This document shows positions 48,746-58,494 of a stretch of 64,000 bases of DNA, piece by piece. The stretch spans positions 64,001 to 128,000 of the forward strand of contig CBDCCS010000003.1 in the NCBI GenBank assembly GCA_965214935.1, written 5' to 3'. The translations under genes were made by a program, and so were the position numbers. Each line of letters begins with the position of its first letter. Position 1 is the stretch's first letter. Below the pieces are notes generated by a model, which made no database searches, was not told the origin of the DNA, and saw only the letters and a list, made by a program, of their open reading frames with translations. This stretch comes from Candidatus Velthaea sp. (GTDB lineage: Bacteria; Vulcanimicrobiota; Vulcanimicrobiia; Vulcanimicrobiales; Vulcanimicrobiaceae).

Positions 48746-49629
48746 AGGCGCTCGGGCGGTTGTTGACCGCGATGATTACGCCGTTCGCAGCCGACGGCAG
48801 CGTCGACGTCGATGAAGCTTGCCGGCTGGCGCAATATTTGGTCGCTCGCGGCAACGACGGCGTTGTCGTGAGCGGCACGACCGGTGAGTCCGCGGCGCTC
48901 GAGACTGCTGAGAAACTCGCGCTCTTCACGGCGGTGAAACAGCGCCTCGGTCGCACCGGCGTTGTGATTGCGGGGACCGGCGGTAATAACACACGCCATT
49001 CGATCGAGTTAACGAAGCAGGCGGCAGAAACGGGCGTTGACGCCGTGCTGGCGGTCGTACCGTATTACAACAAGCCCACGCCGGATGGCTTGCTCGCGCA
49101 TTTCGGCGCTATCGCCGAGGCGTGCGACATCCCGATCGTCATGTACAATATTCCCAGCCGCACCGGGCAGAATATGACCGCCGCGACGACGCACGAACTC
49201 GCCCGCCGCCACGTCAATATCGTCGGTATCAAAGAGTCGTCGGGTAACGTCGAGCAGCACGCGCAACTCATCGGCGGTAATCCGCGACCGGACGATTTCA
49301 CCGTATGGTCGGGCGATGATTACTTTTTTCTGCCGGCGCTGGCGCTCGGTGCGCATGGCCTCATCAGCGTCGCCGCGCACGTCGTCGGTACCCGCATTCG
49401 GGCGATGATCGACGCGTTCGATGCCGGTAACGTTGCGGCTGCCGGTGCGATTCATCGCGAGTTGCAGCCGCTGTTTACCGAGCTCTTTGCCGTTACGAGT
49501 CCGATCCCGGTAAAGTGGGCGATGAATTCGTTCGGCTTCAACGCCGGGGCCTGCCGGTCGCCGCTGGGTTCGATGCCGGCGGCGCTTGCAACGACGTTGG
49601 AACCATTGATCGCGCCCTACAAGCGCTGA
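48742..49629 (+). CDS. dapA: 4-hydroxy-tetrahydrodipicolinate synthase
   Basis: TAMITPF, GTTGES, PYYNKP, YNIPSRTG, GIKESSG. Confidence 0.95.
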   Translation: MKALGRLLTAMITPFAADGSVDVDEACRLAQYLVARGNDGVVVSGTTGESAALETAEKLALFTAVKQRLGRTGVVIAGTGGNNTRHSIELTKQAAETGVDAVLAVVPYYNKPTPDGLLAHFGAIAEACDIPIVMYNIPSRTGQNMTAATTHELARRHVNIVGIKESSGNVEQHAQLIGGNPRPDDFTVWSGDDYFFLPALALGAHGLISVAAHVVGTRIRAMIDAFDAGNVAAAGAIHRELQPLFTELFAVTSPIPVKWAMNSFGFNAGACRSPLGSMPAALATTLEPLIAPYKR

Positions 49630-49633
49630 CGTC

Positions 49634-50392
49634 GTGCAATCGATCGACATTCTCGGCTGTCGCGTCGATGCCGTCAGCGCCGGCGCCGCCGTCGATCGAA
49701 TCGCGCAGCTCGCGGCCGGACCGGCCGGATCGCTGATCGTGACGCTGGGAGTCGAGATGGTCATGGCGGCGCGCCGGGACCGTGAGTTTCGCGCGATCGT
49801 GAACGGTGCCGCGCTGAGCGTCTGCGATACGATCGGCTTGCTGCTCGCATCTCGCTTGCGCGGCGGTCCGTTACGCAGCCGGGTGACGGGAATAGGCCTG
49901 CTGTCCGATCTCGCGGCTCGGTCAGCCGGCCGCGGCGATGTGCGATTGTATTTTCTGGGTGGCGCCGGCGACACGGCGCAGCGTGCGGCGACCCACCTTC
50001 TGCGACGCTTTCCGAATGCGCGCATCGTCGGCACGCATGACGGATATTTCGCCGACCCGCAAAGCGAGCGGATCGCCGCGACGATCGCTGCGACCGGTGC
50101 AAACGTGTTATGCGTCGGGCTCGGCAGTCCCAAGCAGGAACGCTGGTTCGCCCGGTACGGCGCGCAGACCGGGTGCGGCGCCGGCATCGGTGTCGGCGGC
50201 GCGTTTGACGTTCTGGCCGGCAATGTCGAACGAGCACCGCGCTTCGTGCAGCGCGCCGGCCTCGAATGGGCGTATCGATTGTTGCGCGAGCCGAGCCGCT
50301 GGCGGCGTCAATTGGTGTTACCGCAGTTTGCGCTGGCCGTCGCGCTCGACGCTGCGCACGCAAGGAGCAGACGGTCCGAAAGCTGTAGCTGA
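49634..50392 (+). CDS. WecB/TagA/CpsF family glycosyltransferase
   Basis: RVTG..L, GTHDGYF, VGLGSPKQE.W, GVGGAFDVLAG...RAP, GLEWAYRL..EP.RW.R. Confidence 0.93.
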   Translation: MQSIDILGCRVDAVSAGAAVDRIAQLAAGPAGSLIVTLGVEMVMAARRDREFRAIVNGAALSVCDTIGLLLASRLRGGPLRSRVTGIGLLSDLAARSAGRGDVRLYFLGGAGDTAQRAATHLLRRFPNARIVGTHDGYFADPQSERIAATIAATGANVLCVGLGSPKQERWFARYGAQTGCGAGIGVGGAFDVLAGNVERAPRFVQRAGLEWAYRLLREPSRWRRQLVLPQFALAVALDAAHARSRRSESCS

Positions 50393-50466
50393 CCTATCGT
50401 GATCCGTTGCATGCCGCCTTGTCGCATCGAGCGATCGCCTTGTCCTCAATGTTGCGGAGCTCCACG

Positions 50467-51492
50467 ATGAAAGCCATGATTCTCGCCGGCGGAATGAGCA
50501 CGCGCTTATATCCGCTCACGCGCACGGTGCCGAAACCTCTCGTACCGGTGGTCGGCGAGCCGATCTCGGCTCATGTCATACGGTGGTTAAAGTCGTTCGG
50601 TTACGACGAAATCGCAATCAACGTTCATTATCTCGCCGACACGATCAAAGAACGCTTTGGTGACGGATCGGAATTTGACGTCAAGCTTGAATATCTCTAC
50701 GAACCGAAGTTGATGGGCAGCGCCGGAGCGCTCAAAGCGCTGCAATCCTACTTTCGCGAACCGTTCGTCGTCGTCGGCTGTGATTGCTTGACCGACGCGA
50801 ATCTCGAATCGCTCGTCAGCTTTCATCGGAAAGCGGAAGCTCTCGCGACGATCGGTTTGGTTGAAAGTCCGGAAGTCGATCAATACGGTGTCGTCATCAC
50901 CGACGGGAGCGGTCGCATCACCGATTTCCAAGAGAAGCCGCCGAAAGGGACCGAACGCTCCAAGCTCGTCAACACCGGCATTTATGCGTTCGGTCCCGAG
51001 ATTTTTGATTACATACCGGCCGACGAATTTTACGATTTCGGCAAGCAAGTGTTTCCGGCTTTACGCGCGGCCGACGCCGCGTTTTACGGCTTCCGCTTAA
51101 CCGGCGCGTACTGGGCCGACATCGGCACACCCGATGAATACGTTCGGGCGACGGCCGACGCACTTGCCGGCCGCGTTCATTTGCGTGGCACGCGGACGCG
51201 CGGCATTGCCGGCGATGCAACGCTCGGCCACGACGTGCAAATCGAAGGCGACGTACGAGTCGGTGCGAAGGCGGCGCTTGGGGCGCGCGTTCGCGTGATC
51301 GGACCGAGCGTCATCGGTGATGGGGTAATCGTCGGTGCCGACGCGCGACTCGAGCGAGCGATCGTTTGGGATCATGCAACGATCGGTCCCGGCGCCGTGC
51401 TTACCGATACCGTCGTGGGCATCGATTACGCCGTGGTCGCGCAAACCGAATTGCACGACACGATCGTTGCCAACGAACCCGTCGTCAAGTAA
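50467..51492 (+). CDS. NDP-sugar pyrophosphorylase (second paralogue)
   Basis: MKAMILAGGMSTRLYPLT..VPKP, FQEKP, DFGKQVFP, YWADIGT, hexapeptide repeats. Confidence 0.9.
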   Translation: MKAMILAGGMSTRLYPLTRTVPKPLVPVVGEPISAHVIRWLKSFGYDEIAINVHYLADTIKERFGDGSEFDVKLEYLYEPKLMGSAGALKALQSYFREPFVVVGCDCLTDANLESLVSFHRKAEALATIGLVESPEVDQYGVVITDGSGRITDFQEKPPKGTERSKLVNTGIYAFGPEIFDYIPADEFYDFGKQVFPALRAADAAFYGFRLTGAYWADIGTPDEYVRATADALAGRVHLRGTRTRGIAGDATLGHDVQIEGDVRVGAKAALGARVRVIGPSVIGDGVIVGADARLERAIVWDHATIGPGAVLTDTVVGIDYAVVAQTELHDTIVANEPVVK

Positions 51493-51652
51493 ACCGCCGA
51501 CTACGTACAACTCGGTCGCCGGCGATGGACGAACGCCGTCGGCCGCGAATGCGGCTTACCGAAAGACGCGATCGTAGCGTCACCCCGGCGCTTTACGAAC
51601 GATTGGCCCTCCGATTGCTAGCCGGTTGGGATTACGGTGTGATCGATGCGCG

Positions 51653-52264
51653 ATGGACGCAGTGGTTCGACGCTGGCTCTTTCCCGTCTGGTGTCTCGGC
51701 TGCGCGCGAATTGATATTGCCCTGTGCACCGACTGCGCGCCGTCGCCGGCGGATCGCCGCATTGACGTCGTGGCCCAAACCGCCGTCACGGCAGCCGGCT
51801 CGTACACGGGTGTGTTGCGTCGGGCGATTATCGCCATGAAGCATGGCGAGCGCGCGTACCTCGATCCGCTGGCCGGCGTGCTGGCGGCCAACGTGCCGTC
51901 GGGCCGCGACATTGCACTCATTCCGTTGCCGACAAGCCGTCGCCGCCGAGCAGCCCGCGGCTTCGACCAAGCGATCGAGCTTGCGCGTCGCGTTGCCGCT
52001 CGAACCGGCGTCCTATGCGCGGACGTGCTCGAAAAACGCGGCGCGGCACAACGCGGTCTCAATCGCTTCGCGCGGCTGCAAGCCGAAGGCCGGTTTCGCA
52101 TCAAAGCGGGCGCTTTGCCGGCGCGTGCCGTTTTGATCGACGACGTTTGCACGACGGGTGCGACGCTCAGCGACGCGATTCGCACCTTGCGCGCCGCCGG
52201 CGTCGCCATAAGCGGCGCGGTCGTGCTCGCGCGTGCCGGTAATCCCGGAACCCTTCGGCCATAG
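51653..52264 (+). CDS. comF: ComF family phosphoribosyltransferase-like protein
   Basis: FP..CLGC...LC..C zinc knuckle, RGFDQA, LIDDVCTTGATL. Confidence 0.85.
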   Translation: MDAVVRRWLFPVWCLGCARIDIALCTDCAPSPADRRIDVVAQTAVTAAGSYTGVLRRAIIAMKHGERAYLDPLAGVLAANVPSGRDIALIPLPTSRRRRAARGFDQAIELARRVAARTGVLCADVLEKRGAAQRGLNRFARLQAEGRFRIKAGALPARAVLIDDVCTTGATLSDAIRTLRAAGVAISGAVVLARAGNPGTLRP

Positions 52265-52329
52265 CGGTGGTTCTCGAAGGCGGACCGCCGGATGCCTTCG
52301 GCAACGCCGCCGGTCGAAAAGGAGACACG

Positions 52330-52611
52330 ATGAAAGCAATGTGGAACGGCGCCGTTATCGCCGAGAGCAGCACGACTGAAGTGGTCGAGGGAAATCACTA
52401 TTTTCCGGCTGCCGCGATCAACCGCGAGTATTTTACGCCGAGCTCGACGCACAGCACGTGCCCGTGGAAAGGCGAAGCGAGTTATTACACCTTACAAGTC
52501 GACGGCAAGACGAATGCCGATGCCGCGTGGTACTATCCGGCGCCCAAAAGCGCCGCAAAGAATATTGCCGATCACGTTGCTTTTTGGAAGGGCGTCGAGG
52601 TCACGCAATAA
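52330..52611 (+). CDS. DUF427 family protein
   Basis: MKAMWNGAVIAES...VEGNHYFP...CPWKGEASYY...AAWYYP.PK...VAFWKGV; GGAG RBS. Confidence 0.92.
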   Translation: MKAMWNGAVIAESSTTEVVEGNHYFPAAAINREYFTPSSTHSTCPWKGEASYYTLQVDGKTNADAAWYYPAPKSAAKNIADHVAFWKGVEVTQ

Positions 52612-53726
52612 CCGGCGAACGCACGTATATCGCACGAGCGTGTGAGCTTGCGACACGTGCGGTCGCCGATGCCGCGCCCAACCCGCCCGTCGGCGCGGTG
52701 CTCGTCGGCGGGGACGCGACGTTAGGTGAAGGCTACCATCACCGGCGCGGCGAGGCACATGCCGAAGTCGAAGCGCTGCGTGCTGCTGCTGCGGCCGGTG
52801 CCGATGTACGGGGCGCGACGGCCTACGTTTCGCTCGAACCGTGCAATCATCATGGCCGCACCGGTCCGTGTACCGAAGCGCTTATCGCTGCGGGGATCGC
52901 GCGAGTCGTGATCGGGGCGCTCGACCCCAACCCGCGGACCGCCGGTAGCGGCGTTGCGCGCTTGATCGAAGCGGGTCTGGCAGTCGAAGTGATCGGCGAT
53001 GCTGCGTCAATTGCGCTCGTCGAACGCTTTGCCTTCACCATCGAAGCGCCGTTGCCGTTCGTAACGCTGAAGATGGCAATGTCACTCGATGGGCGCATCG
53101 CGCCGCGCAGCGGCGTAAGTTTCGCCGTAACGGGCAGCGCTGCGCACGAGCGCGTCCGCGATCTACGGTATGACTACGATGCCGTGATGGTCGGCGCGGG
53201 TACGATACGCGTCGACGACGCGCAACTGACGGTACGCCCGCATCGGACGCGACGCAAAGCGTACGTTCGCGTCGTTGTCTGCGAAACGGATCCCGTAGCG
53301 GACACGAGCCGAATTTTTGTCGCGCCGCCGGACGCACCGCCCGGTGCGTATGCGCCGACGGTCGTACTCGCCCCGGGCGCCGCGCGCGCGCGTTTCGCGC
53401 GGCTCGAACGCATTGCCGACGTCGTGTACGTCGGCGACGATCATGCTAGCACGCTCGATTTGCGCGCTGCGCTGCATGCGTTGCGCGAACACGGCATTAC
53501 GACCGTTTTATGCGAAGGCGGGCCGACGTTAGCAGGCCGGCTGCTCGAAGGGCGTTTGGTGCAGCGTGCAACTTGGTTTATCGCGCCGCGCTTTCTGCAA
53601 GCTGCCGATTCCGTCGGCGTGCTGGCCGGCGCGGATGTAAGCCGCGCTACAAGCGGATGGAGATTCGACCAAGTCGAACGCGTTGGAGAAGATATCATGC
53701 TCAGTGCTCGAGTCGATCGTGTTTAG
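52608..53726 (+). CDS. ribD: Riboflavin biosynthesis deaminase/reductase RibD
   Basis: PNPPVGAV, HAEV.AL, SLEPCNHHGRTGPC, KMAMSLDG, EGGPTL. Start uncertain (ATA 52608 or TTG 52584). Confidence 0.93.
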   Translation: MTGERTYIARACELATRAVADAAPNPPVGAVLVGGDATLGEGYHHRRGEAHAEVEALRAAAAAGADVRGATAYVSLEPCNHHGRTGPCTEALIAAGIARVVIGALDPNPRTAGSGVARLIEAGLAVEVIGDAASIALVERFAFTIEAPLPFVTLKMAMSLDGRIAPRSGVSFAVTGSAAHERVRDLRYDYDAVMVGAGTIRVDDAQLTVRPHRTRRKAYVRVVVCETDPVADTSRIFVAPPDAPPGAYAPTVVLAPGAARARFARLERIADVVYVGDDHASTLDLRAALHALREHGITTVLCEGGPTLAGRLLEGRLVQRATWFIAPRFLQAADSVGVLAGADVSRATSGWRFDQVERVGEDIMLSARVDRV

Positions 53727-54363
53727 CGGCCTCATTGCGTATCTCGGACGGATCGAGCGAATTGAAGGCGATGCACACAGCGGCCTGCGCTTGAGCGTTC
53801 ATGCGCCCGACGCAATTGCTGAAGGCGTCGCCGTCAAGGATTCGGTCGCCGTCAACGGTGTGTGTCTTACCGCGGCGGCGGTGACCGCAACGACGATCGA
53901 GTTCGATGTGGTTCCGGAGACCGTCAAACGCTCGACGTTCGGCGCGCTGCGTGCGACCGCGCCGGTCAATTTGGAATTATCCCTCCGGCTCGGCGACCGG
54001 CTTGGCGGACATCTCGTTTACGGTCATGTCGACGCGACGGCGCCCTTGCTCGACAAACAAGTCGAAGGTCAAGGTCACCGTTTAACAATCGCCACTCCGC
54101 CGGCAATTGCACCGTTCATCGTTGAAAAAGGCTACGTAACGCTCGACGGCGTGAGTCTGACGGTGGCATCGGTGGCCCCGGGCCGGTTTACGATCGCGCT
54201 GATTCCGGAAACGTCGAAGCGCACGACGCTCGGCGAAAAGACACGTGCGGATCGGGTCAATGTCGAAGTCGATCCGATCGCGCGTTACGCTCAAGCCGCG
54301 CTCGGCGCCTACAACCAAAACGGTGCCTCAACGGACGAACTTGCATGGGCGTATGAAATCTAA
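53719..54363 (+). CDS. ribE: Riboflavin synthase (alpha chain)
   Basis: MFSGLI (GTG start), SVAVNGVCLT, VNLE, GGHLVYGHVD, DGVSLTV. Confidence 0.93.
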   Translation: MFSGLIAYLGRIERIEGDAHSGLRLSVHAPDAIAEGVAVKDSVAVNGVCLTAAAVTATTIEFDVVPETVKRSTFGALRATAPVNLELSLRLGDRLGGHLVYGHVDATAPLLDKQVEGQGHRLTIATPPAIAPFIVEKGYVTLDGVSLTVASVAPGRFTIALIPETSKRTTLGEKTRADRVNVEVDPIARYAQAALGAYNQNGASTDELAWAYEI

Positions 54364-54389
54364 GCCGGCCGGCGCGAGCGCAACCTAGC

Positions 54390-54572
54390 ATGTCCGATAA
54401 TACTTATCGTGGCACGCAGTCTTCGGTTAAACGCGATCGCGTTTATTGGAGCGATGTCGACAAGATGGGCATCATGTATTTCGCCTGCTACATTCGTTTC
54501 GCTCCAGATCGCCGAGACTGAATTCTTTCGTTCACTCGGCTATTCGTACGACGAACTGCATCGCGGATTCGG
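54390..54572 (+). pseudogene. YbgC/4HBT-like acyl-CoA thioesterase remnant
   Basis: RVYWSDVDKMGIMYFACYIRF, then frameshift to IAETEFFRSLGYSYDELH; truncated at the repeat tract. Confidence 0.7.
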
Positions 54573-54740
54573 AAGCCGCAAGCTGGAACGACGCGCAGCC
54601 GCAAGCCGCAAGCCGCAAGCCCGCAAGCCCGCAAGCCTCTAGCCGCTTAACCTCGAGCCATAAAGATTGCAAGCCGTAGAAACCGGCAAGCCGCAAACCG
54701 TATTGCCAACGGCCGCGAACCCTGCAAGCGTCAAGCCGCT
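54573..54740 (+). repeat. Degenerate 7-8 nt tandem repeat (AAGCCGC)n
   Basis: agccgca agccgca agccgca agcccgca agcccgca agcc core (~54597-54637) with decayed copies on both sides. Confidence 0.8.
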
Positions 54741-54813
54741 GAGATGAGAAGCTGAACACGAAAGACGCGATTCATGCCGGTGCTTGTAACCGCTGCGTGA
54801 ATTCAAAATTTTA

Positions 54814-54827
54814 GGTAATGCATTACC
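54814..54827. promoter_or_regulatory. Palindromic operator (distal)
   Basis: Perfect palindrome GGTAATGCATTACC. Confidence 0.6.
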
Positions 54828-55032
54828 GTAAAGGCTTCAGGCAGACGCTTTAGACTCGCGAATTATAAACGTTCGGTATCGCTGCATCAATGGTTCGATC
54901 GTCGATGGCGGTTGGACCAAAACGCCAAGTTTAAGCGCTTGTTGCGACGGTTCGAGCGTTTTATCGAAGCCGGCGACGCCTAGAATCGGAGTCGCAGCTT
55001 CCCTCAGCACGTTCCGAAGCTATCACAGCCTG

Positions 55033-55062
55033 TTGACATTTAGAACGGTAAAGCATTACCAT
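55033..55062 (+). promoter_or_regulatory. sigma70-type promoter with overlapping operator for the sugar ABC operon
   Basis: TTGACA-N18-TACCAT; GGTAAAGCATTACC at 55047-55060 overlaps the -10. Confidence 0.65.
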
Positions 55063-55214
55063 CGCCCCTACGCGCGAGCAATCTTCTACCGGGCGCCGGC
55101 ATTTATGAAGCCGCGAGTCAGAGGCATGCGCCCGCCGACCAAGCGAATCCCAAAACACTGACGAGTTCAACGAACCGCTGTCGTCATCGACGACAGTTTA
55201 AGAATGGAGACCTT

Positions 55215-56312
55215 ATGACCTCAGCAGCCAGGCGGAAAGCGATCGGCGCAGCAGCGCTTATGGTGGGCGTCCTCGGTGGAACGGCGGCTTTCGCCGCCGA
55301 CGCGATGGGCGGCAGCATGTCGACGGCAAAAATCGCGTTTCTCATGCCTGACGAAGGTTCGACACGCTATGAAGAGCACGATCGCCCCGGCTTCGTCGCC
55401 GAGATGAAGAAAATGTGCGCAGGCTGTACCGTGCTCTATCAAAACGCCGACGCCGACGCCTCCAAACAACAGCAGCAATTTAACTCGGTCATTTCGCAAG
55501 GCGCAAAAGCGATCGTTATCGACCCTGTCGACTCGACCGCCGCGGCTTCACTCGTCAAGCAAGCCCAAAGTCAAGGCGTAAAGGTCATCGCTTACGACCG
55601 GCCGATCCCGTCGACCAAAGTCGATTACTACGTATCGTTCAACAACGAAGAGATTGGTAAAACGATCGCGCAATCGTTGGTTCAAGATCTTAAAGCGAAG
55701 GGCGTTTCGCCGAGCTCCGGCGGGCTTCTCGAAGTCAACGGCTCGCCGACCGACGCGGCAGCCGGTCTGATCAAAAAGGGCATCCACGAAGGTTTAGCCG
55801 GCAGCGGGTTTACGACGCTCGCCGAGTACGACACCCCGAATTGGGATCCGTCCAAAGCTCAGCAGTGGGTGAGCGGTCAAGTATCGCGATTCCCCAAGAA
55901 GATCGTCGGCGTCGTTGCAGCTAACGACGGCACGGGCGGCGCGGCAATCGCCGCGTTCAAAGCAGCCGGCGTGGATCCGGTTCCGCCGGTTACCGGCAAC
56001 GATGCGACCATCGCCGGTCTTCAGCTGATCATTGCGGGCGATCAATACAACACGATCTCGAAGCCCAGCGAAATCGTTGCCGCTGCGGCAGCCGACGTTG
56101 CCGTCGGGTTGTTGTCGGGCAAACAGCCTAAAGCCGACACGACGCTGTTCGGTACGCCGACGAAATTGTATACGCCGGCAATCGTTACGGCGAGCAATCT
56201 CAAAGCGCTCATCATCGACAAGATGGTTAACGGCGCACCGATCCAGACGCCGGCGCAACTGTGCACGGGACGTTACTCGGCCGGCTGCTCCAAGCTCGGC
56301 ATTTCTTCGTAA
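55215..56312 (+). CDS. Sugar ABC transporter substrate-binding protein (XylF/ChvE-like)
   Basis: GGAG RBS, signal peptide, IAFLMPD..STRYE..D, VIAYDR, AANDG, VTGND. Confidence 0.92.
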   Translation: MTSAARRKAIGAAALMVGVLGGTAAFAADAMGGSMSTAKIAFLMPDEGSTRYEEHDRPGFVAEMKKMCAGCTVLYQNADADASKQQQQFNSVISQGAKAIVIDPVDSTAAASLVKQAQSQGVKVIAYDRPIPSTKVDYYVSFNNEEIGKTIAQSLVQDLKAKGVSPSSGGLLEVNGSPTDAAAGLIKKGIHEGLAGSGFTTLAEYDTPNWDPSKAQQWVSGQVSRFPKKIVGVVAANDGTGGAAIAAFKAAGVDPVPPVTGNDATIAGLQLIIAGDQYNTISKPSEIVAAAAADVAVGLLSGKQPKADTTLFGTPTKLYTPAIVTASNLKALIIDKMVNGAPIQTPAQLCTGRYSAGCSKLGISS

Positions 56313-56325
56313 CTCGGCCCTTCGG

Positions 56326-56355
56326 CATGCGGGTTTGCACGAGCAAACCCGCATG
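56326..56355 (+). other. Intercistronic stem-loop after the binding-protein gene
   Basis: CATGCGGGTTTGC-acga-GCAAACCCGCATG, perfect 13-bp stem without a long U-tract. Confidence 0.7.
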
Positions 56356-56404
56356 TGCTTTGGCTAAGAAGTGCTGCAGATTCGTTAAAAGAAAGCGCTT
56401 ACGT

Positions 56405-57223
56405 ATGACTGAGACGTTGCATCGGCCGGCGCCCGCAGGCGAAGTCGTTCTTAGCCTGAGCGGCATCTCCAAACATTTTGGTGCGGTTTCAGCGCTGACC
56501 GATATCGATCTTGAAGTGCGGGCCGGCGAAGTGGTCGCACTCGTCGGCGATAACGGCGCCGGGAAGTCGACGCTCGTCAAAGTCCTCGCCGGCGTACATC
56601 AACCTAGCGCCGGAACAATGATGTTCGCCGGCAAACCGGTGACGGCCGCCGATCCAAGCGCGTCGTTAGCGCTCGGCATCGCAACGGTGTTTCAAGATCT
56701 TGCGCTGTGCGAAAATCTCGACGTGGTCGCGAATATCTTTCTCGGCCAAGAAATTAGTCCGATGCGCATGGACGAAGTTGCGATGGAAAACCGCGCGTGG
56801 ACGCTTTTACGTGAACTGTCTGCACGTATCCCCAGCGTTCGCATCCCGGTAGCTTCGCTGTCGGGCGGTCAGCGTCAAACAGTCGCAATCGCGCGTTCGC
56901 TGCTGCTCGATCCGAAGATCATCATCCTCGACGAGCCGACGGCGGCGCTCGGCGTCGCTCAGACAGCCGAGGTCCTCAATCTCATCGAGCGTGTACGCGA
57001 CCGCGGGCTAGGCGTCGTGATGATCAGCCATAATATGGAGGACGTCCGCGCCGTTGCCGATCGGATCGTCGTGCTGCGACTCGGTCGAAATAACGGCGTA
57101 TTCTTTCCCGATACATCGAACGCCGAACTGGTCGGCGCCATAACCGGCGCAACGGACAATTCGGTATCGCGCCGGTCGAATCGGCGCCAAGCGCAGGCCG
57201 CTGAGCCGGCAGGAGAACTCTAG
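56405..57223 (+). CDS. Sugar ABC transporter ATP-binding protein (single NBD)
   Basis: GDNGAGKST, LSGGQRQ, LDEPTAALG, ISHN. Confidence 0.93.
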   Translation: MTETLHRPAPAGEVVLSLSGISKHFGAVSALTDIDLEVRAGEVVALVGDNGAGKSTLVKVLAGVHQPSAGTMMFAGKPVTAADPSASLALGIATVFQDLALCENLDVVANIFLGQEISPMRMDEVAMENRAWTLLRELSARIPSVRIPVASLSGGQRQTVAIARSLLLDPKIIILDEPTAALGVAQTAEVLNLIERVRDRGLGVVMISHNMEDVRAVADRIVVLRLGRNNGVFFPDTSNAELVGAITGATDNSVSRRSNRRQAQAAEPAGEL

Positions 57224-58494
57224 TGCCTGATGTGATCGAGGGCGACGCGCCCGCTCCAGCCCCCGCCCAACCGCTGCTCGACCGCAGCGACGAGCGCGTC
57301 AAACACGAAGCCGGAATCGGCGGCGCGGCAAAGGCATTTCTCGGCCGCGTCCGCTCGGGCGACCTCGGGCAGTTGCCCGTCGTCGTCGGACTCGTCATCA
57401 TCTGGACGGTCTTTCAAAGTCTGAATTCGGTTTTTCTTTCGAGCAATAATCTCGTTAATTTGCTGTTCGATTGTTCGACGGTCGGCGTGATTGCGCTCGG
57501 CATCGTCTGTGTATTGATGGTCGGCGAAATCGACCTTTCGGTGGGTTCCGTCAGCGGTTTCTCGTCGGCGTTGCTGGGCGTGTTGTGGGTCAACGGCGGT
57601 TGGCCGGTGCCGCTCGCGGTCATCGGTGCGATTGCCGCCGGCGCGATCATCGGCAGCCTCTATGCATTTCTGTTCAACCGTTTCGGGATGCCGAGCTTCG
57701 TTGCGACGCTCGCGGGACTGCTTGCCGTGCTCGGCTTACAGCTTTACGTGCTCGGTCAAGGCGGCTCGATCAATCTGCCCTACGGCTCTTCAATGGTGAA
57801 TTTCGGACAGCAGTATTGCATGCCGCCGGTCGTCGCGTATGTTATCGCGGCACTCGCAGCAGTCGGCTTATTTGCTTCCGGTTACAACACGGCGGCCCGC
57901 CGGAAAAAAGCCGGGTTGTCGTCGCGTTCGTTGACGGACTTACTCGTTCGGTCCGCAGTAATATTCATTGCACTTGAGTTGATCGTCGCGTACCTCAATC
58001 GCGATCGCGGCGTGCCGTGGATGTTTGGTCTGTTCGGCGGCCTGGTCGTCATTATGAATTATGCTCTGACGCGGACGAAATGGGGCCGGTCGCTCACCGC
58101 CGTCGGGGGAAATCGCGAAGCTGCGCGGCGTGCCGGTATCAACGTCGGACGGATTTACACCAGTGCATTCGTTCTGTGCTCGGTATTTGCCGCGATCGGC
58201 GGCGTCTTAGCGGCAACGCGGCTTGCGTCGGCAAGTCAACAAGCCGGCACCGGCGACGTCAATCTCAATGCGATTTCCGCAGCCGTCATCGGCGGCACGA
58301 GTTTGTTCGGCGGACGCGGTAGCGCCTATTCGGCGTTGCTCGGCATCATCGTCATTCAATCGATCGCCAGCGGCCTGACGCTGCTCGATCTGTCGTCATC
58401 GCTGCGTTACATGATCACCGGTGCGGTTTTGGCAATTGCCGTTATCGTCGATTCGCTCGCCCGCCGCTCGCGCGTCTCGCATGGACGCGCGTAG
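57223..58494 (+). CDS. Sugar ABC transporter permease (XylH-like)
   Basis: GEIDLSVGS, PSFVATLAG, GGNREAARRAGI, AAVIGGTSLFGGRG. Confidence 0.93.
   Translation: MPDVIEGDAPAPAPAQPLLDRSDERVKHEAGIGGAAKAFLGRVRSGDLGQLPVVVGLVIIWTVFQSLNSVFLSSNNLVNLLFDCSTVGVIALGIVCVLMVGEIDLSVGSVSGFSSALLGVLWVNGGWPVPLAVIGAIAAGAIIGSLYAFLFNRFGMPSFVATLAGLLAVLGLQLYVLGQGGSINLPYGSSMVNFGQQYCMPPVVAYVIAALAAVGLFASGYNTAARRKKAGLSSRSLTDLLVRSAVIFIALELIVAYLNRDRGVPWMFGLFGGLVVIMNYALTRTKWGRSLTAVGGNREAARRAGINVGRIYTSAFVLCSVFAAIGGVLAATRLASASQQAGTGDVNLNAISAAVIGGTSLFGGRGSAYSALLGIIVIQSIASGLTLLDLSSSLRYMITGAVLAIAVIVDSLARRSRVSHGRA

Noticed and set aside
49009..50223. 404-aa minus-strand ORF (and similar long antisense ORFs elsewhere)
   Set aside because: Overlaps dapA and the WecB-family gene antisense; typical high-GC shadow ORF with Arg/Pro-rich composition
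54573..54740. Repeat tract as a CRISPR array
   Set aside because: Unit is 7-8 nt with no unique spacers, and there are no cas genes in the window
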